A stretch of 64,000 bases of DNA from Flavobacteriaceae bacterium (lineage in GTDB: Bacteria > Bacteroidota > Bacteroidia > Flavobacteriales > Flavobacteriaceae), in assembly GCA_041689995.1 (NCBI GenBank), contig JBDNFD010000106.1:554-64553 (forward strand), read 5' to 3'. A program made the translations under genes and the position numbers. Every line of letters begins with the position of its first letter. Position 1 is the stretch's first letter. Below are positions 26,415 through 35,390 of the stretch, piece by piece. Under the pieces are notes generated by a model. It was not told where the DNA came from. It saw nothing but the letters and a program-made list of their open reading frames with translations, and did not search any database.

Positions 26415-27410
26415 TTAGTTGATCGCCCAACCGAAATCCGCAAGATTTACAGTGGCAGTGTTGGCATAGGGTTGATTTGGATCCGAATCCTGTTCCTCAA
26501 TTTGAACGTTGGAAACAGCCCCACCGTCCTTAAAATCGATAGAGGTGTCATAACCGGACAAAGAGAGTCCCGTAATGGTCGCCCCAGATTCTATTTTGAA
26601 CTGGAGTGCGGTTCCACCGACAGAAGATACGGCCGTAAAGTTTATGATTTTTGGATTTTTGTTCACCCCATCGGCTTCCATGGCCGTTGAAAAATCGCCG
26701 TTGTGTAATACATAGGTGTTGGTCAATGTTCCGCTCCAACCTTCCGTCCAGTCGATTGCATCGTCTTCCAAGTCTTCTATATAAACATTGCTGGCATTCA
26801 CCGTTCCGCCAAAAAATTCGATCCCGTCATCGGCGCCACCAATAAAGGCCACGTTGCTAATAGTAGTGCCCGAACCCACAGCATACAAAGTCAACCCGTT
26901 GTATTGTGATTCCGGATTGATCTGCGCACCCGATTTTTCGATGATCAGGTATTCAATGGAGCCCGAGCTGTCGGAATTGTTGGTGCCGCCATAAATCAAG
27001 CCACCAACTTCTGCAACCGCATTCACGCCGGCCGTGGTTTCGGCATCGCCCAAAAGCAACAGCCCGCCCCAAGTTCCTGCTCCGGATGGTCCCATCATAA
27101 CTGGATTGGATGCCGTTCCTTGAATATTGATTTTAGCTCCTTTTTGAACCGCGATATATACATCGGTACCGGTATTTGTAACAATCTCTGTACCTGCGGG
27201 AATGGTCAGCGTGTTTCCGGATTCAACACTTAGGATTCCTGTCAGTTCGTATGTTAAGGACGGATCCAAGGTTTTGTTTTCGGTTATGGAACCGCTCAAA
27301 TTGGAGTCACTAGTGGGTGGTATTGGATCCACTTTAGGATTATCCTTGGTGCAGGACCAGGTAAAAATGGCCGCTACCATCAATAAAGCAAATTTTTTCA
27401 TGTTCATCAT
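26415..27410 (-). CDS. surface lipoprotein, beta-helix-like, partner of the TonB-dependent receptor
   Basis: Lipobox FTWSC. Gly/Thr/Asn-rich repeats suggest a parallel beta-helix. Lies directly downstream of the TBDR gene. Confidence 0.5.
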   Translation of the reverse strand: MMNMKKFALLMVAAIFTWSCTKDNPKVDPIPPTSDSNLSGSITENKTLDPSLTYELTGILSVESGNTLTIPAGTEIVTNTGTDVYIAVQKGAKINIQGTASNPVMMGPSGAGTWGGLLLLGDAETTAGVNAVAEVGGLIYGGTNNSDSSGSIEYLIIEKSGAQINPESQYNGLTLYAVGSGTTISNVAFIGGADDGIEFFGGTVNASNVYIEDLEDDAIDWTEGWSGTLTNTYVLHNGDFSTAMEADGVNKNPKIINFTAVSSVGGTALQFKIESGATITGLSLSGYDTSIDFKDGGAVSNVQIEEQDSDPNQPYANTATVNLADFGWAIN

Positions 27411-27527
27411 TTTTGTTTTTTTATTGCGTTAATAGTTCAATGCGAAAGTAATTATGGATTTGTTTTTTTAGGTTACCTTAAAATTAAGAAAAGGTCAATT
27501 GTGGATTAAGAAAAAACATTCGACCTA

Positions 27528-30305
27528 CTAAAAGGTATAATTTAGGGAAAGACTCAAAACCATTCCTTTTCTGAACGATTTTACTGTTTGTTCGATTTCC
27601 ACTTCTCCCGGGGGCTTAACCAATTGCGTGCGTTCTATTTTCGGGTTGAGGAGGTTTTTCCCCTGCAACCCGATCTTGATATTTTCGTTCAGTTCCTTGC
27701 TGAAAATTGCATTGAGCTTAACGAAGCCTTTTTCAACAATAGCATCGTTGTAATAAATAGCACTTTGCGTTTGGATTTCTGGGGCGCCTAAAGCATAAAT
27801 TTTGTCCGATGCATAATTGGCCGAAACAGTGGCCAAAAATTCATTTGTAGCGTTGTTTGAAAAATTGAGAGAGGTATTAAAAATCCAATTTGATGCCCCT
27901 TGCAGGCCTTCTTCTGTCAGGTTTTTGTACCGAAAGGTGTTCAAAAGAGTGCCTTCCGAATTCCGGTTTTCTTTTAAATCTTGCGAATGCCACATCCGGG
28001 TAGCATTGAGTCCTAAATCGAGCTTGAAATCTGAATTGTCTTCCGAAGCTATCAAGTTCAGATTGGCATCGAGTTCAAGGCCGTATATTTCGGCTTTTTT
28101 ACCTGAATTAAAGTAAGACAAAACTCCAGCCGAGCCACGGGTTTGCACTTTGTTGATGGGGTCTTCGATGCGTTTGTAAAAACCGGTCATGGAAATCAAC
28201 TGATCGTTGGTGGGAAAAAATTCCCATTTCAAATCCAAGTTGTAGTTCGTGCTAGCTTCCAGATCGGGATTCCCACGGGTCACTTGTCCCGTTGGCGAAA
28301 CGTATTCAAAAGGAGCGATTTCCTTGAATTCGGGCAACGTAATGGTTTTGCTGGCCGCCAATCGAAGATTGTTCTTTTCGTTCAAGGAATATCTCACATT
28401 GAAAGAAGGATAAATATTGTTGTACGATTTTTCAGAAACCCCAAGCCTTCCCGGGATATTTCCAATGTTGTAATCTACCGACAACAAGGCATCTTGATAC
28501 CTTGCGCCGATGTTAAAATTGAATTTATCTACCCGATAATTAATTACTGCAAAACCCGCAGCAGATTTTAATGTGGCATTGTAGGAGTCTTCTTCCAGGT
28601 CATTGATTTGAAAAAGTCCTGCATCGAAGTTTTCAGGTGTAAAAACGGCGGAAATTTGATTCAGGGAAGTTGGTGCGATCACATTGGAACCGCTTTCCCG
28701 AACACCAAAAAACCGGGAAGCAAAATCGCGTTGTTTGTTCCGGTAATTCCCTCCAACGATAAAATTTAGCGCGGAAGTTTCATTTTCAAAAATTGAAAAA
28801 TCATCTTTCAAACGGGCATTCAATTCCCTATCATCGATTTTCTGGTAAGATTTTCGCTGCTGAAAACCACCTGTATCTCCAAATTCAATACGATCTTCGT
28901 TGAAATTGATCTCATTCCGAATCCGGTTGGGCTCGTCGGCATATACCAGGTTGTATCCCAAAGCCCAGTCCAAATTATTTTTATCGCCTAAGGAATGTTC
29001 CCCGATAAGTTGGTTAACCCATAGTCGGGTCTGTTTGGTGTTCTGGTCCCTACGGAATTGGGATAGCCCTTCAGAAGGGTTGGTTTCCTCGAAAACGAAA
29101 CCCTTGCCATTCCTTCCCGCCTCATAAACCTGGTCGGTAAGCTTGTTAATGAAAAAGCTCACTGCCTTGAGGTTGTGGTCGTTGTTGAATTCATACCCCA
29201 AATTCAACAAAGCGGTAGTCTCAATAGTCGTTTGCCATTCGCGCACATCATCAAAGGAAACATCGATGAAATTTCTTCGGTATTGGTGAAAAATACCTTC
29301 TTTGTATTCATATTCCCCCGAATGGGAACCAGTGAAAAGGACTTCAAATTTTTCCCCAAATCGTTTTCCTGCGGTAAAGGAGTACTTATAATTTATGGGC
29401 AAGGCCGCACTTTCGGGGTCCCATTTCTGCTGGGTCAGGGCATCACGGGTCGGTATATCGTCAGCGTAAAGCCCAAAACCAACTTGATTCATGTTCGGGC
29501 TTTGTTTGAAATTCTCCCATACACCTCCTTGAGCTACATTGGTGTTCACACCCGATTCCAGCCCGATTCCAAATTCACTTTTCCCCAATAATTCCCTGGT
29601 TTGGATGTTGATGGTTCCCGAAGCTTGGTCTGCATAGTTTTCTGGGGAGTATGTTTTACTGATAGAAATATTTTGCACCACGCGTGTTGGGAAAAGTTCG
29701 AGGTTGATGTTCTTCCGTTCAATATCGTCTGAGGGAATTGGCAATCCATTCATGGTCGTATAAAGATACCGATCTCCTAGACCGCGCACATATAAATCCC
29801 CCGAACTTTCACTGGCCGTCACCCCAGAAATTTTTGTGGTCGCTGTGGCTGCATCGCCAATACCGAGTTTTGCCAATTCCAACGCGCCGATACTTTCTTT
29901 TATTTCAATGGCCTCCCGTTGTTCCAGTAGCAAGGCTACTGGCGAATCTCTTCGCGAAGCAACCTTAATGACGACTTGGTCCAAAAGGGCGGCATTGGCA
30001 TGCAGTGCTGTATTTATAGTTGTGGTTTGATTGGGTTTCACCATAATATCCGAAATTTTTACAGTTCCGTAACCTACATAGCTGAACATTAAATTATATG
30101 TTCCCGGCTGTAGGTCGTTGATTTTATAGTTTCCATCAAAATCGGAAATTGTTCCCTTGTTCGTTCTTTCCACCATCACATTTACGAATGCAAGTGGGAC
30201 ATTTTCCATATCCTCATCAATGAGTTTTCCTATAATAGTTCCTGTTTCTTGCGCGCTGCAAATTATTGATAAACAAACAAATAGAATACTTAAAAATGCT
30301 TTCAT
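27528..30305 (-). CDS. TonB-dependent receptor with carboxypeptidase-regulatory-like N-domain
   Basis: Signal peptide MKAFLSILFVCLSIICSAQ, CarbopepD_reg-like segment, plug, and a barrel ending SLSLNYTF. The ORF extends to 30329. Confidence 0.9.
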   Translation of the reverse strand: MKAFLSILFVCLSIICSAQETGTIIGKLIDEDMENVPLAFVNVMVERTNKGTISDFDGNYKINDLQPGTYNLMFSYVGYGTVKISDIMVKPNQTTTINTALHANAALLDQVVIKVASRRDSPVALLLEQREAIEIKESIGALELAKLGIGDAATATTKISGVTASESSGDLYVRGLGDRYLYTTMNGLPIPSDDIERKNINLELFPTRVVQNISISKTYSPENYADQASGTINIQTRELLGKSEFGIGLESGVNTNVAQGGVWENFKQSPNMNQVGFGLYADDIPTRDALTQQKWDPESAALPINYKYSFTAGKRFGEKFEVLFTGSHSGEYEYKEGIFHQYRRNFIDVSFDDVREWQTTIETTALLNLGYEFNNDHNLKAVSFFINKLTDQVYEAGRNGKGFVFEETNPSEGLSQFRRDQNTKQTRLWVNQLIGEHSLGDKNNLDWALGYNLVYADEPNRIRNEINFNEDRIEFGDTGGFQQRKSYQKIDDRELNARLKDDFSIFENETSALNFIVGGNYRNKQRDFASRFFGVRESGSNVIAPTSLNQISAVFTPENFDAGLFQINDLEEDSYNATLKSAAGFAVINYRVDKFNFNIGARYQDALLSVDYNIGNIPGRLGVSEKSYNNIYPSFNVRYSLNEKNNLRLAASKTITLPEFKEIAPFEYVSPTGQVTRGNPDLEASTNYNLDLKWEFFPTNDQLISMTGFYKRIEDPINKVQTRGSAGVLSYFNSGKKAEIYGLELDANLNLIASEDNSDFKLDLGLNATRMWHSQDLKENRNSEGTLLNTFRYKNLTEEGLQGASNWIFNTSLNFSNNATNEFLATVSANYASDKIYALGAPEIQTQSAIYYNDAIVEKGFVKLNAIFSKELNENIKIGLQGKNLLNPKIERTQLVKPPGEVEIEQTVKSFRKGMVLSLSLNYTF

Positions 30306-30446
30306 GAATGGGTTTTTAATTTTCCACAAAGAAAGCCCATGAAAAATCGATATATGTTACCAAATGTTTAAGCTATCTAATGCCCAAAGTTAGAAAGCCT
30401 GATAATTACACAACCTTTTCTTAACTTGGGGGCATTATTTTATCTT

Positions 30447-30454
30447 TACTTTTG
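30447..30454 (+). promoter_or_regulatory. -7 box TACTTTTG upstream of the response regulator
   Basis: Matches TAnnTTTG, 30 nt upstream of the ATG. Conserved in the partial duplicate at 25807-25814. Confidence 0.45.
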
Positions 30455-30483
30455 GCGCAAGAAACCATAACAATTGTTTCATA

Positions 30484-31167
30484 ATGAAAAATAAGGACAT
30501 ACGGATTTTATTGGTGGACGATGAACCGGATATTTTAGAAATTATCGGGTACAACCTTTCGGCGGAAGGTTATCAAGTATTGACCGCTGAAAATGGAGAA
30601 AAGGCGGTGAAAATCGCAAAAAAGAAAAAACCTCAACTCATCATTCTGGACGTGATGATGCCCGAAATGGACGGCATTGAAGCTTGTGAAAAAATCCGGA
30701 AAATCCCGGAACTCGATAAAACGGTTATCACATTTTTGACCGCTCGTGGGGAAGATTATTCGCAAGTGGCGGGTTTTGAAGCCGGTGCGGACGATTATAT
30801 TACAAAACCCATTAAACCTAAAGTTTTAGTGAGCAAAGTGAAAGCTTTGTTGCGCCGTTGGGAAACCGATAAACCCGAAGAAAATATTCACCTGGGAAAT
30901 TTGACCATCGATCGCGAAGCTTATCGGGTTGTTTTGGGAAAGGAAGAAATCACTTTGCCGAGAAAAGAATTTGAACTGCTTTCCTTACTTGTGTCCAAAC
31001 CCGGGAAAGTATTTACACGGGAAGCCATTTTGAACCAAGTTTGGGGAAACGAAGTAGTCGTCGGTGGCAGAACGATCGATGTACATATTCGTAAATTACG
31101 CGAAAAATTGGGCGATGAGAAATTCCAAACTGTAAAAGGAGTGGGGTATAAGTTTACTGTTAACTAG
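30484..31167 (+). CDS. OmpR/PhoB-family response regulator
   Basis: Receiver domain (LVDDEPD, ILDVMMPEMDG, KP) plus a winged-helix output domain (RTIDVHIRKLREKL, GVGYKF). Confidence 0.9.
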   Translation: MKNKDIRILLVDDEPDILEIIGYNLSAEGYQVLTAENGEKAVKIAKKKKPQLIILDVMMPEMDGIEACEKIRKIPELDKTVITFLTARGEDYSQVAGFEAGADDYITKPIKPKVLVSKVKALLRRWETDKPEENIHLGNLTIDREAYRVVLGKEEITLPRKEFELLSLLVSKPGKVFTREAILNQVWGNEVVVGGRTIDVHIRKLREKLGDEKFQTVKGVGYKFTVN

Positions 31168-31244
31168 CGATGAGGGATTTGCGATGAGCGAACAGAAACT
31201 ATAAGAGTTGGGAAAAATGGACTGATATTCAAACCCGAAGACCT

Positions 31245-32318
31245 ATGGCAAAGAAAATTAAACGTTCCTTCAAGTTCGCATTGGTAACGGCAACTTACGT
31301 AACCCTGCTTTTATTGGTTGTGTTCGGGACCTATCAATATTTTCAACTGGGGGGATTATCCGTTTTGCCCTTGTTTATTTTTGCTTTTTTTTCGTTTGGG
31401 TTTTCTTTTCTGATCGTGCAATTGCGGATCGAACATTTTATTTATAAACGGGTTCGGGAGATTTACGACAATGTTTCGCTTTTGGATTCATCTTCACTTC
31501 AGAAAAACCCGGTCACAACTGATATGGCCGCTTTGACTAAAGAAGTCGAAAAATTTGCCGAAGAACGAAAATTGGAAATTGAATTGTTGAAGGTACGCGA
31601 AAATTATCGGAAAGAATTTATGGGAAATATTTCCCACGAATTGCGGACTCCTCTTTTTACGGTTCAAGGTTATATTCTCACCTTGCTCGATGGTGCCCTT
31701 AAAGACAAAAAAGTAAGGAAGAAATATTTGACCCAGGCTAATAAAGGGGTTGACAGGCTAATTTATATCGTGCAAGATCTAGAAATGATCACCAAACTCG
31801 AAACGGGAAATCTGGTCTTGCACAAAACGAATTTTAACATTGTGGAAATAGTGCGTAATGTGTTCGATTTATTGGAAATGAAAGCGGCCAAAAAGAATAT
31901 TTCCCTTACATTCGATCGGGATTATGAAGAAAGTATAAAAGTGAACGCCGATCAAGAACGAATTCGGCAAGTCACCAGCAATTTGGTCGTAAATTCCATT
32001 AAATACGGAAAAAAGGGAGGCACCACCGAGGTGAGCATTGAAGAATTGACACAAAAAAAACTCATCGTCCGGATCACCGATAATGGAGAAGGTATTCAAA
32101 AACAAAATATTCCACGCTTGTTCGAACGTTTTTATCGCGTGGATAAAAGCGGATCGCGCAAAGAAGGTGGTTCTGGATTAGGACTTTCCATTGTGAAACA
32201 TATTTTGGAAGCTCACGGTGAAAAATTATATGTTGAAAGCGATTTTGGCGTAGGAAGCGAATTTTCGTTTACTATTGAAAAAGCCAAAACTGAAAAGATA
32301 GTAGAAACTACTCACTAA
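31245..32318 (+). CDS. sensor histidine kinase (PhoR-like topology)
   Basis: Two N-terminal TMs with almost no periplasmic loop. H-box ISHELRTPL, N-box NSIKYG, G-boxes DNGEGI and GGSGLGLSIV. Confidence 0.85.
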   Translation: MAKKIKRSFKFALVTATYVTLLLLVVFGTYQYFQLGGLSVLPLFIFAFFSFGFSFLIVQLRIEHFIYKRVREIYDNVSLLDSSSLQKNPVTTDMAALTKEVEKFAEERKLEIELLKVRENYRKEFMGNISHELRTPLFTVQGYILTLLDGALKDKKVRKKYLTQANKGVDRLIYIVQDLEMITKLETGNLVLHKTNFNIVEIVRNVFDLLEMKAAKKNISLTFDRDYEESIKVNADQERIRQVTSNLVVNSIKYGKKGGTTEVSIEELTQKKLIVRITDNGEGIQKQNIPRLFERFYRVDKSGSRKEGGSGLGLSIVKHILEAHGEKLYVESDFGVGSEFSFTIEKAKTEKIVETTH

Positions 32319-33171
32319 TTCTCTCTTTTTTAAAATCAAATTCTGCCCAAATGGGTATATGATCTGAAATTCTTCTCGCGGAAACCATGTCGGGAAAAGC
32401 CGTGTAAAAACGAATAATTCCAGAAGAGGTGCATTCCATTTTTTCAGTGTTATAAAAAATATTATCATATTCCGAAGCGAGGCATTCGCCTTGCACGCAC
32501 TTCATTTTCATTGTGGTTTTCTGATTCTTTAAAGTCGGTAAATATCCCATTTTTCTTAGGGGAAAAAAGACAGTATGACTTTGTGGAGTATTGAAGTCGC
32601 CGAGAAAAACCAAGTTAAGCCCAGGATATAAATTCGGCAGGAATTTGAAATATTTCAGTTCCATTTCAGGCTGTTTCCCCTTAGGGATCGCATGGAAATT
32701 AACCAACGTTATTTCGTGATTTTTGTATAGAAAAGTCATAAAATAAGGTTCCCGCTCAATGTTATTCTGAAAATTTTCGTCCAGCCAGCCGCTTTTTCGA
32801 CTTTTAATCTCGGAAGTTTTCCACAGAAAAGCATAGCGTTCGGAAGAATGAGCAGAACTTTTGGTGGGATTGCTGATACTATAATCCCAATTAGATCCTT
32901 TTCGGTTTAGTGCGCTGGCCAGCTTGGCGACGGCTTGAGAACCGCCATTTCCCGCCACAACTTCTTGGATCGCAACGATATCGAAATCCTGTATTGTGTT
33001 GGCAATGAAATCTATTTCTTGATCTGATTTTGTTTTGCCGAAATTCTGAAGGTTCCAAGAACTTATTTTTAGCTGGCCAAAAGCAGTTCCACTCCAAATG
33101 ATAAAGAGGCAGAAAATGAGTATTTTAACTCCGGAAAGTTGCCTAATTATTTGTTTATTGAACTTTGACAT
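32308..33171 (-). CDS. secreted endonuclease/exonuclease/phosphatase (EEP, DNase I-like) family protein
   Basis: Signal peptide, plus SWNLQNFG, DIVAIQEV and SDHIPIWAEF motifs of the EEP fold. Confidence 0.75.
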   Translation of the reverse strand: MSKFNKQIIRQLSGVKILIFCLFIIWSGTAFGQLKISSWNLQNFGKTKSDQEIDFIANTIQDFDIVAIQEVVAGNGGSQAVAKLASALNRKGSNWDYSISNPTKSSAHSSERYAFLWKTSEIKSRKSGWLDENFQNNIEREPYFMTFLYKNHEITLVNFHAIPKGKQPEMELKYFKFLPNLYPGLNLVFLGDFNTPQSHTVFFPLRKMGYLPTLKNQKTTMKMKCVQGECLASEYDNIFYNTEKMECTSSGIIRFYTAFPDMVSARRISDHIPIWAEFDFKKERISE

Positions 33172-33191
33172 GTTGCCTCTTATAGGAATTT

Positions 33192-33226
33192 AAAAACCCC
33201 GTAAACAATGAAGTCACGAGGGTTTT
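33192..33226 (-). terminator. hairpin + T-run after tRNA-Phe
   Basis: Minus strand: AAAACCC(T)CGT...ACGGGGTTTT followed by T. Confidence 0.5.
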
Positions 33227-33229
33227 ATG

Positions 33230-33302
33230 TGGCGCCTCCAGGAATCGAACCAGGGACACAAGGATTTTCAGTCCTTTGCTCTACCGACTGAGCTAAAGCG
33301 CC
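33230..33302 (-). tRNA. tRNA-Phe (anticodon GAA)
   Basis: Hand-folded cloverleaf: GGCGCTT-TA-GCTC-AGTCGGT-AGAGC-A-AAGGA-CTGAAAA-TCCTT-GTGTC-CCTGG-TTCGATT-CCTGG-AGGCGCC-A. One U-U mismatch in the T stem. CCA is not encoded. Confidence 0.88.
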
Positions 33303-33402
33303 ATGCAATTAAGCGGTGGCAAATATAGGAGCAATTTTATTAAAGCACAAAATAATTTTAAGAAAAAACCATTTCGTAAGTTTGTGACTTTTATAATCTG
33401 CG

Positions 33403-34134
33403 ATGAACTTAGTGATTGACATCGGAAATTCCCGCATTAAGCTGGCCGTGTTCCGTTCTTGGGAAATGATCTATCATGATTTGATCGATCGTGATGATTT
33501 TATTTTCACCATAAAAAAACTACAGCACGATTTTCCAGAAATTGAAAATCTATTGGTTTCCGCCGTAGGGAAAATGGAAGAAGGTTGGCAAGAATTTTTG
33601 GAGAATAATTTCCGAACAATTAATTTTTCGAACGATCTTCGCTTGCCTTTTAAAAATTTATACGAAACCAAATCTACTTTGGGCGCTGATCGCATTGCGT
33701 TGGTCGCCGCGGCTCATCATCATTTCATCGGGAAAAATGTGCTGGTTATCGACGCGGGAACATGTATCACTTATGACTTTTTGAACCAAGATGGGGAATA
33801 TCTCGGTGGTGCAATTTCCCCAGGAATAAATATGCGATTGAAAGCACTTCATACGTTTACCGAAAAATTACCGTTAATAGTTGCGTCCGGTGATTCGACA
33901 TTTCTAGGGAAAAGCACGGAAAAAGCTATGAGAAGTGGGGCAGTGCTTGGAACAGCCTTGGAAATCGACGGGTTTATAGCACTTTATAAAAAGAACTTTG
34001 AAAATTTAACAGTTATTTTAACGGGAGGAGATCGGCTTTTGTTGTCTAAAACCATAAAAAATAGCATCTTTGCGCCCTCTAATTTCCTGTCGGAAGGCTT
34101 GAACGTCATTTTAGAATTTAACAAAACTCGATGA
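33403..34134 (+). CDS. coaX: type III pantothenate kinase
   Basis: 243 aa. VIDIGNSRIK and GADR motifs of CoaX. A TAAGTTTG -7 box lies at 33377-33384. Confidence 0.88.
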   Translation: MNLVIDIGNSRIKLAVFRSWEMIYHDLIDRDDFIFTIKKLQHDFPEIENLLVSAVGKMEEGWQEFLENNFRTINFSNDLRLPFKNLYETKSTLGADRIALVAAAHHHFIGKNVLVIDAGTCITYDFLNQDGEYLGGAISPGINMRLKALHTFTEKLPLIVASGDSTFLGKSTEKAMRSGAVLGTALEIDGFIALYKKNFENLTVILTGGDRLLLSKTIKNSIFAPSNFLSEGLNVILEFNKTR

Positions 34135-35378
34135 TCAAACGGTTTACTTTAGTTACGGCATTGTTCTTAATGGTTTTCATAGCCAGCGCACAGCAAGGTT
34201 CGCCTTCCCCATATTCTTTTTTCGGAATAGGTCTTTCCAAACCCACCGGAACCACGGAAAGCCGATCTATGGGCGGTTTGAGCGTTTATTCGGATAGTAT
34301 TCACCTGAATTTGCAAAACCCAGCAGGTTATGCAGGATTAAAGCTTACAACTTATACCATAGGTGGAAGCCACAAAGCCATCGACCTGGAAAGTTATGCC
34401 GGCAAGGAAAAGGCCACTAATTCAAACTTAATGGATTATTTGGCAGTGGGATTTCCAGCCGGAAAATTCGGTTTTGGTTTTGGCATTGCCCCAGCAACTT
34501 CAGTTGGGTATGAACTTAAGGAACTGAATGGCGATTTACTGAGCAAATATTCTGGTAGCGGCGGGTTGAACAAAGTTTTCCTTTCAGCAGGTTATCAGTT
34601 CAATGAATATTTAAGAATTGGCGCCACCGCAAATTATAAATTCGGTAACATTCAAAATAAAAGTTTGTTTTTTCAAGACCAAATTCAATTCGGGACGCGG
34701 GAAATCAATCGTTCCCATTTTAGTGGTTTTGATTTCAAATTCGGGGCGCAATACCAACGAATGATTTCTGACAAGCTGCAAATAATTGGATCGGCAGATT
34801 TTAGTCCTTCCGCAAAAATTTCTTCCAAAAACGAACGCCAAATCGCTACCGTAATCCTGCGGAATGGTCAGGAAGAACTGATTTCCGATCTCCGAAGATT
34901 AGAACTTCCCGATTCCAAATTAACGCTTCCCACCCATTTTACTTTGGGCGGAGGTCTGGGAAAACCCAATAAATGGTTTGCCGGACTTGAGTTTGGATCG
35001 ACCTCATCCAGTAATTTTTCCAATAGGTCATTTGACGTTTCGGGCGTAAAATATAAATCGGCATCAACAATGGCTTTAGGTGGGTTTTATGTTCCGAAAT
35101 ATAACGACATCACCAATTATTTTAACCGTATCGTTTACCGCGCCGGATTTCGATATGAAGAAACCGGGCTGAACATCAACAACAAAGACATCAATGAGTT
35201 TGGCATATCTTTTGGAGTGGGCTTACCAGCAGGAAGAATGTTGTCCAACTTAAATGTTGGATTTGAGTATGGACAACGAGGAACAACATCTGCCGGTCTG
35301 GTGAAAGAAACTTTTTATAATGTATTTATAAGTTTATCCTTGAACGACCTTTGGTTCCAAAAAACAAAGTTTAACTAA
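34131..35378 (+). CDS. putative outer-membrane beta-barrel protein
   Basis: Signal peptide ending ASAQQ, with alternating-hydrophobic, Gly/Tyr/Phe-rich strands throughout. No family recognised. Confidence 0.5.
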   Translation: MIKRFTLVTALFLMVFIASAQQGSPSPYSFFGIGLSKPTGTTESRSMGGLSVYSDSIHLNLQNPAGYAGLKLTTYTIGGSHKAIDLESYAGKEKATNSNLMDYLAVGFPAGKFGFGFGIAPATSVGYELKELNGDLLSKYSGSGGLNKVFLSAGYQFNEYLRIGATANYKFGNIQNKSLFFQDQIQFGTREINRSHFSGFDFKFGAQYQRMISDKLQIIGSADFSPSAKISSKNERQIATVILRNGQEELISDLRRLELPDSKLTLPTHFTLGGGLGKPNKWFAGLEFGSTSSSNFSNRSFDVSGVKYKSASTMALGGFYVPKYNDITNYFNRIVYRAGFRYEETGLNINNKDINEFGISFGVGLPAGRMLSNLNVGFEYGQRGTTSAGLVKETFYNVFISLSLNDLWFQKTKFN

Positions 35379-35390
35379 TAGTTTATAATA

